A stretch of 14,250 bases of DNA from a virus (taxonomy: Duplodnaviria > Heunggongvirae > Uroviricota > Caudoviricetes), in IMG/VR virus record IMGVR_UViG_3300015157_000014, positions 1 to 14,250 of that record; one strand, 5' to 3'. Positions 7,470 through 14,250 of the stretch are shown in pieces. Both the position numbers and the translations under genes were made by a program. Every line of letters starts with the position of its first letter. The stretch's first letter is position 1. A model generated the notes under the pieces. The model saw only the letters and a program-made list of their open reading frames with translations. It was not told the origin of the DNA and did not search any database.

Positions 7470-7925
7470 CTATCTCCCGTGATTCAGGAAGTCGATTAGT
7501 TCTTCGCGTGTGGCGCTGTAAAACGTCACGTCATCCACGCCTTTGAAGTATTTCTTGATGGTTCCTACACGCTTAAGGCCAATCATTGCGCAGTACATCT
7601 GCCCGTGGCGGAATTTGCGTGCAGCGAACGATGTGACGCACTGAACGGTGGTGTTAGTCAGAATGTATCGCCAGAACGCCAGCCCGATTTCCTTGCTGAA
7701 GCCGCGAATCTCTGGCAGGTACATGGCGTGGCAATCGAATGTAAGCGGCTGAATCTCCTGATAGTAAACAATGCCGCCGAACTGACCGTGCACGTTAACC
7801 TCAAAGTAACGGCATTCAGGCTTGTAGTCGTATCCATCACCGTTGTTGCTTCCGGCAATAATGTCAGGGTGATTTCCGACTGCTTCGATCAGGTCGATGT
7901 TTCGCGTTGGTTTGAATGTAATCAT
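7470..7925 (-). CDS. gp14-like protein (151 aa)
   Basis: Lies between the tail needle and gp7 genes, as P22 gene 14 does. Start overlaps the gp26 stop (TGATG). Confidence 0.7.
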   Translation of the reverse strand: MITFKPTRNIDLIEAVGNHPDIIAGSNNGDGYDYKPECRYFEVNVHGQFGGIVYYQEIQPLTFDCHAMYLPEIRGFSKEIGLAFWRYILTNTTVQCVTSFAARKFRHGQMYCAMIGLKRVGTIKKYFKGVDDVTFYSATREELIDFLNHGR

Positions 7926-8626
7926 CAGTCAATCAGCCCATGTAATCTAAGTGCTGTTTCAAGCGCCAGAATACGCTGCCGCGCCTGCTCCAAACCTGTA
8001 GCGAGAGCTGCGACTTCGGATTGTGTGTACGTAGTGCCGACCGTGTATGACTGGTTAGCGTTGAATGAACCAAGAAGTGGCGTACCTGTGGCTGCAGTCC
8101 ATCCGGTATTTCTTGCTCCAACAACCTGAATTCCATCAACTGAATATGATGTTTTTACATCCAGCGGTGACGCAAGAGACTGCGATTTGGTTACAGTTTT
8201 CGATACGTAATCACTCTTAATGTCAGATACATCGCTTTCTACGCCATCCAGTCTTTTGTCAACAGTGACCAGATGCGCCTGAATATCGATAACCTCATCC
8301 AGCAAGTAATCAACATCGCTGCGCAGTACGACTATCTTCCCTTCGGCGGTTGTTAACCTGACCTCAAGGAGATTTATCGCTTTTGTGTTTGCGGTGATTC
8401 TTGCATCGTGGTCAGCCAGTTCGACATCCTGTTCATCGTTTTTTACTTGGGCATCATAAGCGCCCTGACCAGCCTGATTTGCCTTCCCGGCAATTGCGCC
8501 GACATCAGCCCCCTGATTAATGACATACAGCAGGTAAGACTGGCTGAATATATTGCGTGGCAAAATTGAAGCATCAAGGCGCGTAGCCTGAACCGCGACA
8601 GGATTATTCAGTGATGAATCCGCCAT
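7925..8626 (-). CDS. Tail needle protein, gp26-like, 233 aa
   Basis: N-terminus [36 protein letters not shown]...[22 protein letters not shown] and C-terminus ...SQSLASPL...GWTAATGT...ALRLHGLID closely match P22 gp26 as I recall it, and the length is the same. Central trimeric coiled-coil heptads are present. Confidence 0.9.
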   Translation of the reverse strand: MADSSLNNPVAVQATRLDASILPRNIFSQSYLLYVINQGADVGAIAGKANQAGQGAYDAQVKNDEQDVELADHDARITANTKAINLLEVRLTTAEGKIVVLRSDVDYLLDEVIDIQAHLVTVDKRLDGVESDVSDIKSDYVSKTVTKSQSLASPLDVKTSYSVDGIQVVGARNTGWTAATGTPLLGSFNANQSYTVGTTYTQSEVAALATGLEQARQRILALETALRLHGLID

Positions 8627-10044
8627 TACTCAATCCTTATCTGAGCGCCAGACAGAGTTACAGGTGACTTCGTGATAACGCGCAATTTGAAGCCGACATT
8701 TTTCCTGATGCGCCCTACTCGCTTCCACAAAACGCGTTTGTCGTAAACGAACGGTTCATTCTGCTCAATCATCTGCTCACGTCCGTAATTGATGCCGTCA
8801 GTGGTTGCAGAGAGAAAAAGGCGGTCAGCATACTGCGCAACTCCAGTTGAAGATTCAACTTCAAGGTCGAAAACTCTGGCGTTATCTGCTTTGAACAACG
8901 GAGTAAACAGCAGGTGCTCCTGTTGCTTGTCGTACTGGCTGCTGATATCGAACTGCAATTTCCCGGTCACGGACTCTAGCTTATCGCCGCACGTTATCTG
9001 ATTGCCTTCGTAAATGAAGTCGATAGCGCGGTACACATCGTCATACAGGCCTGTTTTCAGCACACACCATTGCGGACCATTGGCACTTGAAGATGCGTCG
9101 TAAACAAGAACATGGCGCGGCAGGTGAATAATCAGCAACTCATGAGCATCAAACCGCAACGATTCCATCACGCCATCAGCCAGTTCATCAGCAGTGTAGG
9201 AGCGTAGTATTTTCTCAATGCTCGCGCTGGCGATTGGTGACACCTGACCGGAGCCGATGATGTACACAGACGGCGCACCTGTTGCCGGATTGCTGATGAA
9301 CGCATAGGAATCAGCAAACGGCGTTTTGCAGTAAGTTCCGGCGATGCCTTTTTGCACCATCAGCGATGGCTGCGCGACATACAAAGCAGCACCAACGGTG
9401 GTTGCACCAGTCAGGGAGAAATATTCAATCGTTGATGAACCAAAGCATACGATGAAGTCTCGCCATGTTCCGATGCCGATGATGCCGTCAGGCTGCGATT
9501 CTGCGCGATATTGTGCGCTGTAGCGGTCAGGGTGCGATTCGTCTTCAGGGTCAGTGATAAACCATGAATCAGTACCGTCTTTTGACCACGCATAACGCCC
9601 GCGTAAGCGCGTAATGTCGCGGACGGACCCTAACTCATACTGCGTGAATCCGCTGTCCGCAGGCCAGTTTGAGACGGTTTTAACCGTGCCATCATAGCGA
9701 TACTCGACCAGTTGCCCGTTAACGCCTACCGCCTGTGATGTTCGACCATGCGCCATTGATACGCGACCACTTCCGGCAACATCACCGACCTCACTTTCTC
9801 CTTTGTACAGCTTCCCACCACACACGCGATAAACAGCACTCTGCGCCATGTTGTACTCGACGCCTCGCGATACGCCGTTCACATCAGAACGTTTGGCAAT
9901 GCCCGGGAATGAGCGAAGATATCCGCTGCTGTTCAGGATTTCTTTGGGTGTAGCCAACATATTCACTGGCAGATAGTCGATATAGTCGGCGTTTCGAAAG
10001 TCTTTGCCGACACCTTTCATAAGTGGAAGTTGCTGAATCGGCAT
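8626..10044 (-). CDS. Tail hub / head completion protein, gp10-like, 472 aa
   Basis: Position between gp4 and gp26; same length as P22 gp10 (472 aa by recollection). Start overlaps by one base the stop of the upstream gene. Confidence 0.85.
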   Translation of the reverse strand: MPIQQLPLMKGVGKDFRNADYIDYLPVNMLATPKEILNSSGYLRSFPGIAKRSDVNGVSRGVEYNMAQSAVYRVCGGKLYKGESEVGDVAGSGRVSMAHGRTSQAVGVNGQLVEYRYDGTVKTVSNWPADSGFTQYELGSVRDITRLRGRYAWSKDGTDSWFITDPEDESHPDRYSAQYRAESQPDGIIGIGTWRDFIVCFGSSTIEYFSLTGATTVGAALYVAQPSLMVQKGIAGTYCKTPFADSYAFISNPATGAPSVYIIGSGQVSPIASASIEKILRSYTADELADGVMESLRFDAHELLIIHLPRHVLVYDASSSANGPQWCVLKTGLYDDVYRAIDFIYEGNQITCGDKLESVTGKLQFDISSQYDKQQEHLLFTPLFKADNARVFDLEVESSTGVAQYADRLFLSATTDGINYGREQMIEQNEPFVYDKRVLWKRVGRIRKNVGFKLRVITKSPVTLSGAQIRIE

Positions 10045-10053
10045 TTATTCACC

Positions 10054-10515
10054 TCACGTACTCGGATCATCTTTCTCGATGTAAAACCGATTCCACGTAA
10101 ACGCGCTTTTGTTACCACTACCGCGAGGCATGTCATTTCGTCGCTCAAGTGGTGGTATTTTGGTTAAAGCGATACAGATTGTCTGATATGCACTGTCAGC
10201 AGCGGTCAGGAGAGCATCCGACGGCTGAATGACGTTATCCATGCACACCTGCACAGCGAGCTTCAAAGCGACGCCATCATTTGCCCATGCAGGGATACCT
10301 GAATCATCGTCAGGTAACGGCATGATGCCGTTTTCTGTATCAGCAAACTGATATCCAAGCTCGATACCTTTCGCCTGCCATGCTGCCATCATGTCTTCGA
10401 GGTCATTAATGGCATCTTCAATTGCCTGAGGGTCGGCATCTGTCAACGTGGCATTGGAATACAGCCCGGCTTTTCGTAAAGCCTTAAGAACGAGATCACC
10501 CTTCGTTTTCGCCAT
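10054..10515 (-). CDS. Tail accessory factor / head completion protein, gp4-like, 153 aa
   Basis: Position after the coat gene. N-terminus MAKTKGDLVLKALRKAGLYSNATLTD resembles my recollection of P22 gp4. C-terminal ...MPRGSGN... motif. Confidence 0.8.
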   Translation of the reverse strand: MAKTKGDLVLKALRKAGLYSNATLTDADPQAIEDAINDLEDMMAAWQAKGIELGYQFADTENGIMPLPDDDSGIPAWANDGVALKLAVQVCMDNVIQPSDALLTAADSAYQTICIALTKIPPLERRNDMPRGSGNKSAFTWNRFYIEKDDPST

Positions 10516-10684
10516 CTTCTTCCGCCTTAGCCACTTTTTGCTTCGTTGCGGTTTCTTCAGGAGTTTTTACCCAGCCTTTTTTCAGGTGAGATTTAACTTC
10601 TTCGTCATCAACAATGATGTAATCGACAGCAAACTGACCACAGGTGATCATGTTGCCAGGCTTATAGAGCATTGTTCGTGCCAT
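10496..10684 (-). CDS. Small hypothetical protein (62 aa from the ATG at 10684) between coat and gp4
   Basis: The track ORF begins at a TTG codon right after the coat stop. A better start is the ATG at 10682..10684, preceded by GGGAGAAGACA. Its 3' end overlaps the gp4 start by 20 nt. Some P22-like phages carry a small ORF here. Confidence 0.45.
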   Translation of the reverse strand: MARTMLYKPGNMITCGQFAVDYIIVDDEEVKSHLKKGWVKTPEETATKQKVAKAEEDGENEG

Positions 10685-10695
10685 TGTCTTCTCCC

Positions 10696-10719
10696 AATAA
10701 AAATGGGGCCGAAGCCCCA
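10696..10719 (-). terminator. Rho-independent terminator or attenuator immediately after the coat gene
   Basis: On the minus strand, 6-bp stem (tggggc/gcccca) with a UUCG tetraloop (10704..10719), followed by UUUUUAUU (10696..10703). Lies just past the coat stop at 10726 and just before the small-ORF Shine-Dalgarno. Confidence 0.6.
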
Positions 10720-10725
10720 CCAAAA

Positions 10726-11985
10726 TTACTGCCCGGCAATAACGATGCCCGTATATTCAGGAACAAGTACAGAGCAACCGTACAGAGTGGTGAAACGAGC
10801 AGTGGTTACGCCTTTGATGTGGTCGAAGGCGTAAGACATGATCAGCGTAGCGCCCTGCTCGGTGGTTGCTGTCATTACCTGTGGACCCTGACCAGTCGGG
10901 AACGCCAGTTTGCCGTACATCAGTTCAACAGAACCATCAGCCCAGAACAGGTTAGCCGGTGCGGCATTTTTGTTGAGAATGGTGATTGCTGCAGTTTCTG
11001 CCGGCTTGGCATCGACGTTTGCATATGGACGGCTCGCAACATCGGCATTTCCAACAGGGAGAATCTTTGGAGAGATTGTTACGGTGGTTCCTGCTGTGTC
11101 TACTGCCAGAACGCGGAATACCTGCGGCTGCCCGGTGGTATCTTTGGTGATCTGGTGTACGGAATTCACACCTGCGATGGTAAACGCATCGCCAACCTGC
11201 AAGCCTTTAGCAGATACCGTAATGGTCCCCTGTCGGTTATCAACAGGCATGCCATTTGAATCTTTCGCTTCAACCTTGTGTTCAGGTTGATTTGATACTG
11301 TCAAGGTTTCAGTGCTTCCTGCCGGTAATCGACCGGAAATATCGGTCTTGTAGCTATCAAAGGAAGCAACCGGAGGGATCTGCGCTTTTTCGTATGCTGT
11401 CAGGGTTGCGCCCTGAGCGTAGGCACGGTGACCAAGCTCGCCAGCAAGGTCTTTGTAGTTGAAGGGGTTCCAGAAAGAGCGACGGTTGATACCCTGAGGT
11501 ACACCAATCGCCGTCATGGTGGCATCAATATCTGCCGCACCATTCCACAAGGCAAGGCCCCGTGAGCCATTTTCTGAGGCAGGAATTGCGACCACGTTAG
11601 TAGCACGCTGCGTGACCATGGAAATCAGGTCAGAGTCAATCTGTGCAGCAAGGCGCATACCTGCGGCTCGACCAGCTTCAGTTTTATGTTCCGGGTCACG
11701 CATTTCACGCGCATCCAGAGTGTACAGAATGTTTTTCGGCTCCTTGAACACAGAAGGAACAAGGCGCTGAACCAGTGCTGTTGGCGTTTTGCTGCTGAGA
11801 TCGAGGCCTTCCTCAATGTTCATGTGGTAATGCTGCGGACGATACAGAACATCACCTGCTCGCTGCATTGCGGTATCACCGGGACGGAATTTTTTAGCGT
11901 TACGGGAAACTACGCAGGCGGCCTCAAAGCCTTCAACGTAGTTTTCGAACATGATTTCAAGGTCTTTTGCTAATTGGTTAGCCAT
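10726..11985 (-). CDS. Major capsid (coat) protein, HK97-fold P22-like family, 419 aa
   Basis: Position between scaffold and gp4; size close to P22 gp5 (about 430 aa). Sequence looks diverged from P22 coat, possibly a different coat type such as Sf6 or CUS-3 (unverified). Confidence 0.85.
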   Translation of the reverse strand: MANQLAKDLEIMFENYVEGFEAACVVSRNAKKFRPGDTAMQRAGDVLYRPQHYHMNIEEGLDLSSKTPTALVQRLVPSVFKEPKNILYTLDAREMRDPEHKTEAGRAAGMRLAAQIDSDLISMVTQRATNVVAIPASENGSRGLALWNGAADIDATMTAIGVPQGINRRSFWNPFNYKDLAGELGHRAYAQGATLTAYEKAQIPPVASFDSYKTDISGRLPAGSTETLTVSNQPEHKVEAKDSNGMPVDNRQGTITVSAKGLQVGDAFTIAGVNSVHQITKDTTGQPQVFRVLAVDTAGTTVTISPKILPVGNADVASRPYANVDAKPAETAAITILNKNAAPANLFWADGSVELMYGKLAFPTGQGPQVMTATTEQGATLIMSYAFDHIKGVTTARFTTLYGCSVLVPEYTGIVIAGQ

Positions 11986-12003
11986 GCTTAATGCTCCGAT
12001 AGG

Positions 12004-12897
12004 TTATTTTTTTGCCTTTTTAGCGGCGAAATACGGCGTCCAGTCACCAGTTTCCAGCGCCTTGGCTTTCAATTTGTCGAGGTTGTTGATTACTGCGCCG
12101 TTGCTCCCCTTAACTGTCGGGGTTGTGGCTGCCGTGGTTTTTGCTTTTGGCATGATTCTGGCCTTCGATTCGATACGTTCCAGCAGACGACCAATTGCTA
12201 CGGGGTTGGTAGCTTCTGCCAGTTGCTTGCGCAGTTCAGCGTTGCGACCGAGTGCCAGAACAACGATTTCCGGCTTCTCTGACTCAAACAGGATCGCGTT
12301 TTGTGTCTCGATGGGGATTTCCTCGAGTACGGCCTGCTCAGCTTCCTGATAGCCAGGAACTTTGAGAGCCTTAACACGTTGCTGATATTTGGATAATCGC
12401 TCTTGATAGGCAGCCTGAATCTCCTGCTCCTTTTGCTTGCGAGCCATCTCCTGTTGCTGGTACTTGCCGTTATCCTCTGCCCACTTAGCCATGCGTTGCT
12501 GGTAGATTTCTTCATCGAAACCGATGTCCTCATCGTCCAGTTTTGGCATTCGCGGTGGTTGAGTGATTACCGGCTGCTGCTCGACGGGTTTCTGAGACTG
12601 ACGCATCAGCTCTTTCAGCTCGCGGTCTTTCTCTTTAATCGTCTTGCGCAGGTGTTTTACCAGTCCATGCTCTGCGCTATCTTCGCTGGTTGGCGAATCC
12701 AGCTTTTCGTCACCAAAGTAGAATTCCTGTTCTGATTCGTCGTCATCAGTTTCAGTAGCTTCCTCTGCATCATTGCCGGAGGACTCACTGCCATCTTCTG
12801 TTTCGACTTCTTCAGCCAGTTCGACATCATCAGGAATCTGCTCTGACGCGTCGGTTTCGATTTCAACTTCTGGTGTGTTTTCTGCCATCTGGTCCAT
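12004..12897 (-). CDS. Scaffolding protein, 297 aa
   Basis: Highly acidic N-terminus, Glu/Lys/Gln-rich helical middle and basic C-terminal tail (KKAKK), typical of P22-like scaffold. Lies between portal and coat. Confidence 0.85.
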   Translation of the reverse strand: MDQMAENTPEVEIETDASEQIPDDVELAEEVETEDGSESSGNDAEEATETDDDESEQEFYFGDEKLDSPTSEDSAEHGLVKHLRKTIKEKDRELKELMRQSQKPVEQQPVITQPPRMPKLDDEDIGFDEEIYQQRMAKWAEDNGKYQQQEMARKQKEQEIQAAYQERLSKYQQRVKALKVPGYQEAEQAVLEEIPIETQNAILFESEKPEIVVLALGRNAELRKQLAEATNPVAIGRLLERIESKARIMPKAKTTAATTPTVKGSNGAVINNLDKLKAKALETGDWTPYFAAKKAKK

Positions 12898-12987
12898 TTG
12901 TTACCCCTGTTTACTCGATGTTCAGCCCATCGGAAGGCAATAGGGTGCCAGGCCTCATAAAGACAGCCATTGCACGTTATGGGTTAA

Positions 12988-14250
12988 TTACTGCTGTGGT
13001 TGTTGCCGGGTTGATTTTTGCAGGATGCTGCTGATGTCCATGCGCTGCGCATGGCCCTGTGCCTGACTTTTCAGGACAAGCTCTGCATCAGCACGGGCAT
13101 TGTCTCCTTGCTGTTGCTGGAACTGTCCGAGCAGTTTCAGAGCCTCGCGGATATCAGATTTCTGCTGGCTATCGGCAGATGCGAGTATTTTCACAACATT
13201 TGCCGCTGCAACCTGAGCATCAGTCTGTGCCTGGAATGCTTTAACCTGAATGGCTGCCTGTTCGTTCTGCGCTTTCTGCAATTCAGCCTGACCAGCAAGA
13301 AGCTGACCTTGCGCTGCAACCATAGCCGGATCTGGCTGACTGGCCTGTTGTTGTTTCGCCTGTTCAACCATCTGCTGTTCTTCAGGCGTTCTCGGCTTGA
13401 TAACGCCAGACAGAAGCAACTGATTGCGGTTGTATTCTTTAAGGTCGTCCATCCCTTCGCCGTCCATATTGTCGAGAATCATCGATGATACAAGGTCGTG
13501 CTTCGGCGTTCCTGGTGGGATAAGTGCCAGCATGGAAAGTAACGACTTAACCGTTGCATCACGGCGAGTAGCGAACGACTGACCGACATCGACAGTCACT
13601 TCATAGTTACCCTGCGAAAGGTCGTTAAGCGCGATAACCTGCCCTGTCTGACGGTCAACCACTTCACCAGTCATCAGCGCCACGTCATCGCTGCCATCCT
13701 CATTAACGATGCGCATTGGCGTATCGCTGCCATAGACTTCACGAGCCATAGAAAGCCACACGACGCCAGCACGGCGCATGGATTTAGCCATGTTGTCCAT
13801 GTAGATATAGGACTGCGTGTCCATCCGGTTAAAGATGCTATCAACGGTATCGGTAGCGACGTTGCTCGGCATGTTCTCAAGCTGCGACGCACCTGTAATT
13901 TGCTGAATAGCCGTTCCGGTGTACTGCAATAGCCCGGCAAGAGCAGGAGGCATTTGTGTCGGAGGTGTCCAGCCAGCAACCTGAGCCTCTGAAATGACCG
14001 TTCCGTTTTTGTCCTTCTTGCTGGTCATGGGAAGAACTGCAGGTCTTTTCTTATTCCTCTCTGCCCAGTGATTCATTAATGGACCGGGAATGAAATCAAC
14101 ATCCACGATAGGAATGCCATCACCGCCAGCCTGAGTAGCGTTATCTGCAATCATGGAAACCATCAGGTTCTCAAGACGCTGTGCATCCATCGCTTTTGCT
14201 GCGTGGCCTTCGATTCGCTCCTGATTATCAACAAATGAACGACGCCCATA
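12988..14250 (-). CDS. Portal protein, C-terminal part (gene runs past the right window edge)
   Basis: The frame stays open upstream of the track Met through 14250 (...YGRRSFVDNQERIEGHAAKAMDAQRL...). C-terminal region (...TPEEQQ...QAKQ...DPAMV.AQG.LL.GQAEL.KAQN...HAQRMDISSILQ...) matches my recollection of the P22 gp1 helical barrel region. Confidence 0.9.
   Translation of the reverse strand, partial: YGRRSFVDNQERIEGHAAKAMDAQRLENLMVSMIADNATQAGGDGIPIVDVDFIPGPLMNHWAERNKKRPAVLPMTSKKDKNGTVISEAQVAGWTPPTQMPPALAGLLQYTGTAIQQITGASQLENMPSNVATDTVDSIFNRMDTQSYIYMDNMAKSMRRAGVVWLSMAREVYGSDTPMRIVNEDGSDDVALMTGEVVDRQTGQVIALNDLSQGNYEVTVDVGQSFATRRDATVKSLLSMLALIPPGTPKHDLVSSMILDNMDGEGMDDLKEYNRNQLLLSGVIKPRTPEEQQMVEQAKQQQASQPDPAMVAAQGQLLAGQAELQKAQNEQAAIQVKAFQAQTDAQVAAANVVKILASADSQQKSDIREALKLLGQFQQQQGDNARADAELVLKSQAQGHAQRMDISSILQKSTRQQPQQ

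Larger units (their letters stand above)
1..14250. mobile_element. Segment of a P22-like phage/prophage: late structural operon plus immI-type region
   Basis: Gene order on the minus strand follows the P22 late operon order (1-8-5-4-10-26-14-7-20-16, then mnt/arc/ant and gene 9). Arc, Mnt, tail needle, portal C-terminus and tailspike N-terminus are recognisably P22-like at the protein level. Confidence 0.85.

Noticed and set aside
7605-8139. 174-aa plus-strand ORF and small minus-strand ORFs (7658..7858, 7933..8139) overlapping gp14 and gp26
   Set aside because: Shadow or alternative-frame ORFs within genes that have strong homology and synteny support.
10448-11462. Plus-strand ORFs (10448..10834, 10672..11259, 10910..11290, 11256..11462) overlapping gp4 and the coat gene
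   Set aside because: Antisense to the coat and gp4 genes; no ribosome-binding sites noted. Unlikely to be expressed given that late transcription is on the opposite strand.
11516-12735. Plus-strand ORFs (11516..11770, 11686..11973, 11951..12349, 12403..12735) and minus-strand alternative-frame ORFs (11625..11816, 12198..12533, 12657..12866) over coat and scaffold
   Set aside because: Overlap well-supported structural genes. Their Leu/Arg/Ser-rich compositions are typical of non-coding frames.
13018-13979. ORFs 13018..13488 (plus), 13059..13244 (plus) and 13674..13979 (minus, alternative frame) within the portal gene
   Set aside because: Contained within the portal coding sequence, which has a clear protein-level match to P22 portal.
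1-14250. CRISPR arrays, tRNA genes, integrase/att sites, insertion sequences
   Set aside because: I saw no regularly spaced direct repeats, no tRNA-like cloverleaf candidates, and no recombinase or transposase-like ORFs. The window appears to be entirely late-operon plus immI-region DNA.

Overview
This window is a P22-like (Podoviridae-type, Lederbergvirus-like) phage or prophage late region, with the virion assembly operon on the minus strand: portal (partial, runs off the right edge), scaffold, coat, a small ORF, then gp4, gp10, gp26 tail needle, gp14, and ejection proteins gp7, gp20 and gp16. The left 3.3 kb is the immI-type region: divergent mnt (+) and arc (-) around intact Mnt and Arc operators with overlapping divergent promoters, then an extra small membrane ORF, ant, a terminator and the first 10 codons of the tailspike (-). 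The most interesting part is the visibly AT-richer accessory DNA: a three-gene plus-strand cassette (199 aa, 139 aa, 109 aa) wedged between mnt and the end of gp16, in the position P22 uses for sieA, and an 89-aa membrane/coiled-coil ORF inserted between arc and ant. I could not assign these four proteins to known families from sequence alone; they are candidates for a lysogen-expressed exclusion, defence or toxin-like module. All homology statements rest on my recollection of P22 protein sequences and on gene order; no database search was run.
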